64,000 nt of DNA from Macrostomum lignano (Eukaryota), in assembly GCA_002269645.1 (NCBI GenBank), contig NIVC01000745.1:113095-177094 (forward strand), read 5' to 3'. A model generated the notes under the pieces. That model ran no database searches, had not been told where the DNA came from, and saw nothing but the letters and a program-made list of their open reading frames with translations. Shown here piece after piece: positions 33,901 to 43,827 of the stretch (position 1 is the stretch's first letter; the number at the start of each line of letters is the position of its first letter). The translations under genes and the position numbers were made by a program.

Positions 33901-36900
33901 TTCTAGCCCCAGAGTGCCATTCTAGCCCCAGAGTGCCATTCTGATCCCCAGAGTGCCATTCTGATCCCCAGAGTGCCATTCTGATCCCCAGAGTGCCATT
34001 CTGATCCCCAGAGTGCCATTCTGATCCCCAGAGTGCCATTCTGATCCCAAGAGTGCCATTCTAGCCCCAGAGTGCCATTCTGATCCCCAGAGTGCCATTC
34101 TGATCCCCAGAGTGCCATCCTTATCCCCAGAGTGCCATTCTGATCCCCAGAGTGCCATTCTGATCCCCAGAGTGCCATTCTGATCCCAAGAGTGCCATTC
34201 TAGCCCCAGAGTGCCATTCTAGCCCCAGAGTGCCATTCTGATCCCCAGAGTGCCATTCTGATCCCCAGAGTGCCATCCTTATCCCCAGAGTGCCATTCTG
34301 ATCCCCAGAGTGCCATTCTGATCCCCAGAGTGCTATTCTAATTCCCAGAGTGCCGCACCTGTCAATATCCTGTCCGCAGTAGCGCTGCAGCTCCGGGTTC
34401 AGCCTGTAGTCAGCCTGCTGCATCTGCATTCGCTCGTTCACCACAGCGAAGCAGCCGGCATCAAACGAGGCGTGGTGCATGCGGGAGCGCAGACAGGTGT
34501 ACAGCTGCACAGGCCGGGACACTCGGTCTGAGCAGTGCCGGGCGATCATCCGCTGACAGGAGGCCATCAGTCTGGCGTCCAGGACCGGCACGTTCAGCAC
34601 CACCTGCGGGCGTGTCAGACATCAGGGGTGGGGTTAGTAGAAGGTCATCAGCCTTGTCAGGAGTGGGTCAGCGGCAAGTCTTCAGCCTTGTCAGGAATGG
34701 GTCAGTGGCAGGTTATCAGCCTTGTCAGGAGTGGGTCAGTGGCAGGTCATCAGCCTTGTCAGGAGTGGGTCAGTGGCAGGTCATCAGCCTTGTCAGGAGT
34801 GGATCAGTGGCAGGTCACCAGCCTTGTCAGGAGTGGGTCAGTGGCAGGTCATCAGCCTTGTCAGGAGTGGGTCAGTGGCAGGTCATCAGCCTTGTCAGGA
34901 GTGGGTCAGTGGCAGGTCATCAGCCTTGTCAGGAGTGGGTCAGTGGCAGGTCATCAGCCTTGTCAGGAGTGGGTCAGTGGCAGGTCATCAGCCTTGTCAG
35001 GAGTGGGTCAGTGGCAGGTCATCAGCCTTGTCAGGAGTGGGTCAGTGGCAGGTTATCAGCCTTGTCAGGAGTGGGTCAGTGGCAGGTCATCAGCCTTGTC
35101 AGGAGTGGGTCAGTGGCAGGTTATCAGCCTTGTCAGGAGTGGGTCAGTGGCAGGTTATCAGCCTTGTCAGGGGAGGGTCAGCGGGCCTCACCTTGTCCTG
35201 CTTGAAGATCGCGGCGCGGCAGTCGGCGGAGACCTTGGTAGCATCGGAGGCGGCGGCGGCTCGAAGGCAGGCGAGCCGTCGGCCGCCGTCCTTGCCAGGG
35301 GGGCAAAGGGTCCTGAGTTCGAGCTCGCAGCTCTTGGCCAGGCGGGGATCCAAGCTGGGCAGGCGGTGGCGCTGCAGCAGCTCCAGGGACAGCTGGCCCT
35401 GGCACTTCCGGGACAGGCGCTGCGGCCGCGACTTCAGCACGTCGTCTCGAGCAGCCGTGGCGAGGCAGCGCACGACGACGGTCTTGTCGATGTTGCGTCT
35501 GCTGCTGGGCTCCCCAGCGGCGTCAGCGCCTTCCGCGGCGCTGCACAGCCGGCGAATGTCGTCGCCGCAGGCGGAGGCGAAGTCCCTGCTGATGTGGTAG
35601 TCGCGCAGGGACACCAGCTGGTGGTGCTCCACGCCTGCACGGCAGCGCGGGTCCATCTTCGGGTGCGCCTTGAGCTGGATGAGGCAGCTCATCACTGTCT
35701 CTGGGAGGCAGGTGGGTCGAACAGTTCAAGGTAAGATGCGCTCAGAAAGCTTTCAGCTCTTGTCACTGTCATTCTGTGTGACTGCTACTCTGTCACTGTC
35801 ATTCTGTGTGACTGGCACTCTGTCACTGTCATTCTGTGTGACTGCTACTCTGTCACTGTCATTCTGTGTTACTGCTACTCTGTCACTGTCATTCTGTGTT
35901 ACTGCTACTCTGTCACTGTCATTCTGTGTTACTGCTACTCTGTCACTGTCACTCTGTGTGACTGGCACTCTGTCACTGTCATTCTGTGTGACTGGCACTC
36001 TGTCACTGTCACTCTGTGTGACTGGTATTCTGTCACGGTAATTGTATGAGACTTGAACCACTATGGCCGAAGGCACTCACTGTCCAGCCCGACCTGGCCC
36101 TGAACTCGGTCGCAGAACTTCCTCACGAAGGGCTGGCAGCTGTGCACGAACAGCAGGTCGGGACTGAGCTCAATGTCCGAGTCCACCCGCTCGGACACCT
36201 GTCGGACAACCCTGGCGCAGGTGCGGTCCAGCAGGCTGAGGTTGTCCTGCAGGCAGGCGAACTCATCGCCCGGCCTCTTGCTGTGCAGGCATAGGCGGGA
36301 CAGGTCGCGCAGGCAGGGCGCGAACAGGCGCGCGTCGAGGCGCGCACGATCGGCGCGCTCGCGCAAACTCTTGTCCAGCTGGGCGGAGCAGGCGACGCTG
36401 GTCCTGCGATGAGGATGAAGATGAGATGAGTCTGAGATGAGGCAGCCAAGTTTCCAGGATTAAAAATGCTTAGTGTGGGATTGAAAGCCCTCGAGATCTT
36501 CAGTCAATAAAAATAATTAGGAATCAGCAGTCGGCATTTGGGGAAAATAAAGAACTCATTAATTTGAAAATTCTTAGCAATATTTTACAACTATGCATTA
36601 GAGACGGTGGGACGCTAAATTTATCAATAGTTGATCTATCCATGAAGTCCCAAATTTATCTTTTAAGTCCCAAATCCCAAATATTTTTATGAAGTTCTAA
36701 ATCTATCCTTAATTCCCAGATCTATCCTTGAAGTCCGAAATCTATTCTTGAAGTCCCAAATCTATCCTTGAAGTCCCAAATCTATACCTGAAGTCCCAAA
36801 TCTATACCTGAAGTCCCAAATCTATTCTTGAAGTCCCAAATCTATCCTTGAAGTCCCAAATCTATACCTGAAGTCCCAAATCTATCCTTGAAGTCCCAAA

Positions 36901-39900
36901 TCCATCTCTGAAGTCCCAAATCTATCCATGAAGTCAGCCCCAAATCTATCCATGAAGTCCCAAATCTATCCATGAAGTCCCAAATCTATCTCTGAAGTCC
37001 CAAATCTAGCTCTGAAGTCCTAAATCTATCCATGAAGTCCCAAATCTATCTCTGAAGTCCCAAATCTATCTCTGAAGTCCCAAATCTATCTCTGAAGTCC
37101 TAAATCTATCCATGAAGTCCCAAATCTATCTCTGAAGTCCCAAATCTATCCATGAAGTCCCAAATCCATCTCTGAAGTCCTAAATCTATCCATGAAGTCC
37201 CAAATCTATCTCTGAAGTCCCAAATCTATCCTTGAAGTCCCAAATCTATCCATGAAGTCCCAAATCCATCTCTGAAGTCCCAAATCTATCCATGAAGTCC
37301 CAAATCCATCTCTGAAGTCCCAAATCTATCCATGAAGTCCCAAATCTAGCCCTGAAGTCCCAAATCTATCCTTGAAGTCCCAAATCTATCCATGAAGTCC
37401 CAAATCCATCTTTGAAGTCCCAAATCTATCCTTGAAGTCCCAAATCTATCCATGAAGTCCCAAATCCATCTCTGAAGTCCCAAATCTATCCTTGAAGTCC
37501 CAAATCTATCCATGAAGTCCCAAATCTATCCATGAAGTCCCAAATCTATCCATGAAGTCCCAAATCCATCTCTGAAGTCCCAAATCTATCCATGAAGTCC
37601 CAAATCCATCTCTGAAGTCCCAAATCTATCCTTGAAGTCCCAAATCTATCCATGAAGTCCCAAATCCATCTCTGAAGTCCCAAATCTATCTCTGATGTCC
37701 CAAATCCATCTCTGAAGTCCCAAATCCATCTCTGATGTCCCAAATCCATCTCTGAAGTCCCAAATCCATCTCTGAAGTCCCAAATCTATCCATGAAGTCC
37801 CAAATCCATCTCTGAAGTCCCAAATCTATCCATGAAGTCCCAAATCCATCTCTGAAGTCCCAAATCTATCCATGAAGTCCCAAATCTATCCATGAAGTCC
37901 CAAATCCATCTCTGAAGTCCCAAATCTATCCATGAAGTCCCAAATCCATCTCTGAAGTCCCAAATCCATCTCTGAAGTCCCAAATCCATCTCTGAAGTCC
38001 CAAATCTATCCTTGAAGTCCCAAATCTATCTCTGAAGCCCCAAATCATACCATGAACTCTTAATCTTTCCCTGAAATAATTAATCCTTCAAGTTATCCAT
38101 CTTTTACTTATCAAGTATTGCTAATTCTCTTATCTCCCTAATGTCCCAATGTCTCTTATCTCCCGCCTCACTCATTCCGAATCATCAGGCCGTAGAGGCA
38201 GTTAAAGGTGGCTCCGAGCGCCACCACGGCCGCCTTGTCCCGGGCGCCGCTCCACCAGGTTTCGCCGGCGCCGCAGCGGGCCGCGGCCACCGCTCGGCAC
38301 GCCTTGAACAGCCGGGCATTCAGACGAAAGTCGCGATTCTCAAAGTACACGAGCTCGGCCAGGCGGTTGGAGCAGGCCACGCTGACGGTCTCGGGCTGGG
38401 CCGCCAGCCGGGACTTCAGGCAGGTGTACACGCTGGCCGTGCCCGGGGCGGAGCAGTGCAGCCGCACCTCGCCGGCGCAGCCGCTCATAACCACCGGGTC
38501 CACCCGCAGGTCCCTGGTTGGCATGGCAATACGCAGGACGCGATCAACAGCCCGCTCGCAGACGCTGGTGGAATTTCTGCCGGGCCCGTCAGTCAGCTGG
38601 GCGTCTCTGGCGGCCCGCAGCTGCCGCATGATGCAGTGCAGCAGCCCCTGCTCCGCCGTGTGGTCCGCCCGGCAGCGCTGCAGCTCCCGGGAGCAGCCCG
38701 AGGCCAGGCCGGGCAGCAGCTGCGGGTCCGAGATGAAATCCGACCGCACCTGTGGGGGGGGATGGTGAGACTGAGGATGGAGCAGGCAATGCTGATGATG
38801 CGGGAGGTAGCGGTGGCCCAACAACTGAGAGGATCTGGGAGAGCGGTGGCCCAGCAACTGAGGGTCTGGGAGGGCGGTGGCCCAGCAACTGAGGATCTGA
38901 GAGGGCGGTGGCCCAGCAACTGAGAGGATCTGGCAGAGCGGTGGCCCAGCAACTGAGGATCTGGGAGAGCGGTGGCCCAGCAACTGAGGATCTGGGAGGC
39001 TGGCCCAGCATCTGAGGATCTGGGTGGGCGGTGGCCTAGCAATTGAGGATCTGGGAGGGCATCCCAGCATCTCACATCCATCATCCGAGTCTGGCAGGCG
39101 GCAGTCACGGCCGTGGTGCCCTTGGAGATGAGGCTGCTCTCCAGGCACAACAGGGCGGCCGCGGACCCGGCCGGCTCTCCGCCGGGCGCCACGCAGCCGA
39201 GCCGGTGAAGATCGGCGCCGCACGCGTCGGCGAATCGGCGATAGACGGCGAAGTCAAGGGCGGCGAGGCCGCGGACCCGCGCCAGCTCGACCTGGCAGGC
39301 CGGGCGGGCCGCCTCGCGCTGCCGGTTGAGGCAGGCCAGCACGCGGCCGCCGCCGGAGGACACGGCGCCGCAGAGACGCTCGCGGTCGTCGCGGCAGGCG
39401 TAGAACAGCGGCCTGTCGTTGTGGTAGTCTGAGGTCTGCAGCTCGGCGAGGCGGAGCAGCTGCAGGCGGCACTGGTGGCTCACGACGGCGACCTTCTGGC
39501 CGAGGCAGGCGACGGTGCGGCCCTGAAGGTAGGAGATGGAAATTCGCGGTGGCAGCAGATGAGCCAACCCGTACCCTAGAATGTACACTCTCTTAGATCA
39601 ACCCCTGCCCTAGAATGTACACTCTCAGATCAACCCGTACCCTAGAATGTACACTCTCAGATCAACCCCTACCCTAGAATGTACATTCTCTCAGATCAAT
39701 CCCTACCCTAGAATGTACATTCTCTCAGATCAATCCCTACCCTAGAATGTACACTCTCTCAGACCAACCCCTACCCTAGAATGTACACTCTCTCAGATCA
39801 ACCCCTGCCCTAGAATGTACTCTCTCAGATCAACCCCTACCCTAGAATGTACACTCTCTCAGATCAACCCCTACCCTAGAATGTACACTCTCTCAGATTA

Positions 39901-42900
39901 ACCCCTACCCTAGAATGTACACTCTCTCAGATCAACCCCTACCCTAGAATACACACTCTTTCAGATTAGCGCCTACTCTATAATGCAAATAATTCCAATC
40001 CAGACATACCAATAAAAGCAGGCATTTCATTGCCCCTACCTGACTAGTTGGCAGAGAGGCGGACACAGCGTTAGTCCTGGGCTCGAGTCGGCCGCAGCCA
40101 GTGCGCACAACGTCGGCTTTGCAAGCGCCGATGAACCGTTCAACAAGTCGATAGTCGGCGAAGACGAGGGGCTCCAGGCGGCGCAGGTAGGATCTGCAGG
40201 CCCGCTCCGACACGTTGGCGCGGTGCTCGATGAGGCAGGAGATGCGCAGGACGCTGCGCGGCGGCTCCCGACCGCAGGCTTTGATCCGGCGAAGGTCCTC
40301 CTTGAAAGGTGAGAAGAGGCAAAACATGGGGATCGCCAGCGCAAGTGGCTGAGTGCAAACTCTCTTTCTCGTTGTCAAGCTTTCAATAAATGCTCGCACC
40401 CAATGTCTCCTGGGTTTATAAGCTCGAAATTTCAAGTCTTGGAAAACTACAATTTGAAAGCTTAAAACTTTAGTGATAACATTATACTATACACTGATGC
40501 CATATCAGAGGGGTTGTAGTCTAGTGGTTAGAGCGTCGGACTCATGACTGAAAGGTCGGGGGTTCGATTTCTGATCCCACTGGAACAATTTGTATTTTTA
40601 AGCAAATGACCTAACTCTACATTGCTTCAGTTTACCCAGCTGTAAAATGTAATAAAAAACTGAAGCCATGATTAGCCTTACCTGACAAGCCCCGCTGGCA
40701 GCAGTGGCAAAGTCGACATTGTGGGTCAGGTTGAACTTCAGCTGCCAGATGGCAGCCTGGCAGGCCTCGGGCAGCGACTCGGCGACGGCTTGGCTGCGCT
40801 GCAGGCAGGCCAGCACGGCGAAGTTGTTGCGCCGCACCGCCTGGCTGCAGTGCAGGCGCACCGAGTCCCGGCAGGCTGGCTGTTTGTACAGCGGCTGGCT
40901 GCCGCGGCTACGACCGAGGAACTCCCGGACAGCCAGGGACTTCTGACGGTGGCGCAATGGCGGCAAGAAAGTTGGCGCCGCTGCCGTAGCCTCCTGCTGA
41001 GCTGGTCGCTTTGAGACCTTTGCCTGGGGCATTGCGAGCAGGGCATCAACTGGGTCTGGCTGTCCTTGGCCTGGGAAAAATTTAACAATGGGATCACATC
41101 TTGTTGAATTATACACATTGTGGGAGTCACATTCTGGGTAGCCTGGCTGCATCAATAGCCTTATTAGTTAGCCAGTTTGCAAGGGGCAAAAGCTGTTCCC
41201 TGTTGTGCTAATTTGATAAACTCTATAGCAAGTGCCAAACATATGGGCATACATAGAGGTTATGCTTATATAGGATATACCAAGATGACTTAGATTTAAG
41301 CTCTTCACGAGCATATGCTCTAGTTCAACAACTAACTTAAATAATGTCATGAACAAGCATTCATACTATTCCTTACCAATCTCTTTGATGACTGGCCATA
41401 CTCCTTAATTTTCTATGTACAAAGTAATTCCCATCACATGACTCTGTTTTGTAATTCAATTAGCCCTTGCTCATGCTATCATTATAGGCTATAAACAATT
41501 TGAAATATTTTTCTAACTATGTGGTACAATAGTATATATAATTAGACATATATTTTGATTGACAAAAAGGTAGTTATTGATTTTTTATATGGCATTTTTT
41601 AATAAACATAAATTTATCTTTTTTGTTTTAGTAGGACTTCAGACAAACAATTTTTAGTATATTGGAAGTAGGCCTATTTAAGACTAAGATAAGACTAAGA
41701 TAAAGAATTTAAAGTTTTTTTTGCTATCTATTGATCAAAATATGCATTTAAAAAGTACCAAAATCATGTTTATTAGGCTAAAAAGACTTGACTTTGTTAA
41801 AATCAGAATAAAGCTGGCAGGCATCTGTAAGCACCGCTAGCGTCTGATTTTATTTTAGTCACCCTATTGCTCACTCTCGGCACCACCGAATTGTTCTCCA
41901 TTGAGTCTGCCACAAAGTAATAATTTAGTAACTCTATTGCAGTATACCATTATCCAGTTTATCAACATAATAAATTATAACAAATTTAATAATTATTTAT
42001 TCATTTGTTCTTGTTTGAATCCCTTAGTTTTCAATTGAGTTATTTGCCTACGGGGCATAAAACAATCAATTAGTCTCATCTCAAAGAAAGCTCTAAGACC
42101 CTTAATGTTCTATAATACAAAATTATGGTGGTGGCAATGCTACTCTACTACTGATAGTAACAAACCAAGGATATCAACAGATTATGAATTTTACAGTGTC
42201 TGAAAACCCAATTGAACAACCATGCCATTAAAAAACTCCTTGACTGCAAATTATGACTTACCATCCCCCCTGGAATTAAGGACCCAGCAGACAGAGTATC
42301 AAAAGGAGAAGCTATACCAATCAGTTTATGAGATTTTCCAGCTTTACAAGTGCCAAGACAACACAGGCGGCAATTCAAAAAGTTTAAAACTGCCCACCTT
42401 TACATATCTTTTCTTTTCTGCCCCACTTTCAATTGCTAAATCTAAGCTACTTTACTTTGAATTTTTTCAAAAAACCCTCATTTTTGTTTCCTATAAATCA
42501 TTAAAATGGAGGATACATTCCTATCCCCTCCCCATTTTGTGGATGGTGGGGTGTACGCCAGAAAATTCCGGCGTACACTTGATATCTGTGGCATACACCA
42601 GCGTACATTTCTTGGCTGTGTATAATGTGGCGGACAGTGTGGTGTATGGCGACTGGCATAAAAATTAATATAAAGAATTTTTTCATGCTTTTTCTGTGTT
42701 AAGTTATTTCAAAAACCATTTTTTCTGCTACTATTTTCTCATTTACTAATCATTTTAATTACCAGAATTGTCACAACAATTGTCATGTCATTATCAATTT
42801 TTTGTAGTTTAAATTTAAATTTAAATATTTGTTGATTTTTTTACCATTTTTAAGTTGGCATACATTTAAAATCTGTTGGCTTACAATTGAAAATTCAATA

Positions 42901-43616
42901 AAAATGTGTCTGGCATACACAGAAAAACTTTAGTTTTAGTTTTAAGTTTAGTTTTTTAGTTTTAAGCCATATCATCTTGCACAAACTCAACTTTCAAATT
43001 TTCAAAGAGAATTAAAAATATTCAAAAGTTACAGCATAAATTTATAAGAGTATGGAAACAGCATTATACTAGATATAATCACAATTCACATGATCTGACC
43101 AAGTCACCAACTTGACCAAGCCCAAGCCTAAGGAATGAAATTAAACTATCAAAGTAATAAGATTAGTTCAATGATATGAGACACTCTAATATTAGTGCTA
43201 TTACTATTAGTGCTTACCAAAGACAGCTGTAATAGTTAAAAATACCAAAAAGCTGACAAAGATCATCTCAGAAACTTCTTTGCTAGTAGCAGTTGGCCAG
43301 TTGCAAATGCAGTGCAGTTACTTTTAACAATAAATTTATATGTGAGATAAAAATTACAAGCCTCACTAACAACAAGCAGTTTAACTGCTTGATATGTTAT
43401 TGATATTCAAACTAATACAGTAATATAAAATAATTCACAAAGTTCATATATACTTCGCTGATTTATATTAAGTAAGGAAATTGTGCTGCAGTTTCTTCTA
43501 GGAAAAGGTGGGGTTTTAAACTTTTTACATCATTCGATACACATTATAACAATATCATACCAAAATCAGCTAAAAAAAGCAAAAAAATACCGCAAACTTA
43601 CTCGGCGTACTTTCAT
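30389..43616 (-). CDS. GLG1: Golgi apparatus protein 1 (GLG1/ESL-1/MG-160/CFR): complement(join(30389..30919,31559..31823,34359..34603,35192..35700,36081..36403,38172..38749,39076..39522,40040..40300,40682..41070,43218..43251,43602..43616)), about 1198 aa
   Basis: Serial Cys-rich GLG1 repeats (e.g. LLRLAELQTSDYHNDRPLFYACRDDRERLC, DYRLNPELQRYC, DIHVDPLLYRAC..CGSVPLGAGRQMRC), a C-terminal TM (FIGLGLSLLVLLLLVGFCSG) and a basic tail. Signal peptide MKVRR+LLVFLTITAVF+G. All 10 introns are GT-AG with consistent phases; the CDS totals 3597 nt without a frameshift. Confidence 0.95.
30932..31540. repeat. Minisatellite, about 13-bp unit GGGTCATCAGTGT, fills GLG1 intron 10
   Basis: Degenerate tandem copies. 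Confidence 0.93.
31559..31823 (-). CDS. GLG1: GLG1 exon 10
   Basis: ccctcag|G CAC TGC; HCRKQKE...NYRLDPRLSAACGQ|GTGCG; phase 2-0. Confidence 0.9.
31848..34355. repeat. Minisatellite, 19/20-bp unit CCCCAGAGTGCCATTCT(GAT/AG), fills GLG1 intron 9
   Basis: About 125 copies; 745-bp block duplication (TTAAATCCCA marker at 33001 and 33746). Confidence 0.97.
34359..34603 (-). CDS. GLG1: GLG1 exon 9
   Basis: VVLNVPVLDARLMASC...DYRLNPELQRYCGQDID; AG|GTGCGG. Confidence 0.92.
34625..35185. repeat. Minisatellite, 34-bp unit AGTGGCAGGTCATCAGCCTTGTCAGGAGTGGGTC, fills GLG1 intron 8
   Basis: About 16 copies abutting the donor at 35191. Confidence 0.97.
35192..35700 (-). CDS. GLG1: GLG1 exon 8
   Basis: TVMSCLIQLKAHPKMDPRCRAGVEHHQLVSLRDY...IFKQDK|GTGAG. 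Confidence 0.95.
35757..36036. repeat. Minisatellite, 30-bp unit CTGTCACTGTCATTCTGTGTGACTG(CT/GC)ACT, GLG1 intron 7
   Basis: About 9 copies. Confidence 0.95.
36081..36403 (-). CDS. GLG1: GLG1 exon 7
   Basis: TSVACSAQLDKSLRERA..RLDARL..EFACLQDNL..SCQPFVRKFC; A|GTGAGT. Confidence 0.93.
36640..38045. repeat. Minisatellite, 20/21-bp unit GAAGTCCCAAATCTATCCAT, GLG1 intron 6
   Basis: About 65 copies; 240-bp block repetition. Confidence 0.97.
38172..38749 (-). CDS. GLG1: GLG1 exon 6
   Basis: VRSDFISDPQLL...DLRVDPVVMSGC...RDFRLNARLFKAC...FNCLY; GA|GTGAG. Confidence 0.93.
38808..39062. repeat. Minisatellite, 31-bp unit GGTGGCCCAGCAACTGAGGATCTGGGAGAGC, GLG1 intron 5
   Basis: About 8 copies. Confidence 0.93.
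39076..39522 (-). CDS. GLG1: GLG1 exon 5
   Basis: GRTVACL...DRPLFYACRDDRERLC...RMMD|GTGAG. Confidence 0.95.
39565..39962. repeat. Minisatellite, 32-34-bp unit CAACCCCTACCCTAGAATGTACACTCTCTCAGAT, GLG1 intron 4
   Basis: About 12 copies. Confidence 0.95.
40040..40300 (-). CDS. GLG1: GLG1 exon 4
   Basis: EDLRRIKAC...LVFADYRLVERFIGACKADV..TSQ|GTAGG. Confidence 0.92.
40510..40649 (+). mobile_element. tRNA-derived CORE-like SINE (copy 2, 3'-truncated), antisense in GLG1 intron 3
   Basis: TAGTCTAGTGGTTAGAGC..GGTTCGATT head; shares GATCCCACTGGAACAATTTGT and TTGCTTCAGTT.ACCCAGCTGTAAAAT with the 22142 copy. Confidence 0.7.
40682..41070 (-). CDS. GLG1: GLG1 exon 3
   Basis: tttttcccag|GC CAA; NNFAVLACLQ..CQAAIWQLKFNLT; CAG|GTAAG. 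Confidence 0.92.
43218..43251 (-). CDS. GLG1: GLG1 micro-exon 2 (34 nt; signal-peptide h-region LLVFLTITAVF)
   Basis: ctttgtcag| acceptor, G|GTAAG donor; phase 0-1 fits both neighbours. Confidence 0.75.
43602..43616 (-). CDS. GLG1: GLG1 first coding micro-exon (MKVRR)
   Basis: acaaccATG context; CGA|GTAAGT donor, phase 0; supplies the basic n-region. Confidence 0.7.
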
Positions 43617-43827
43617 GGTTGTAATAGCTTAAAATTTTATATTACTTAAAAGCTTTAAAGGTACGTGATAGCTCATAGAAGCGCAAAAACAAATGCTCTG
43701 TGTACACGTGGACTCGGGAGTGGCCCCCCGGCCTGTCGTTCTTCCGTAGAAAATACTTGGCCATCGCATTCGACCAAACTTTTTGATCTAATTTTGCATA
43801 ATACTTGCTACGTACAAATTGCTAAAC
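43617..43827. promoter_or_regulatory. Putative bidirectional promoter between the GLG1 (-) and OSTC (+) start codons
   Basis: Divergent ATGs only 211 bp apart; CACGTG at 43705-43710 (CCACGTG on the - strand). Confidence 0.6.

Noticed and set aside
41875-41968. Alternative GLG1 first exon (MLINWIMVYCNRVTKLLLCGRLNGEQFGGAE, phase 1)
   Set aside because: Lacks a proper hydrophobic core; the two-micro-exon model gives a canonical signal peptide next to the OSTC promoter
42222-42668. 148-aa ORF in the AT-rich GLG1 intron
   Set aside because: No recognisable domain or splice structure; overlaps a probable repeat remnant
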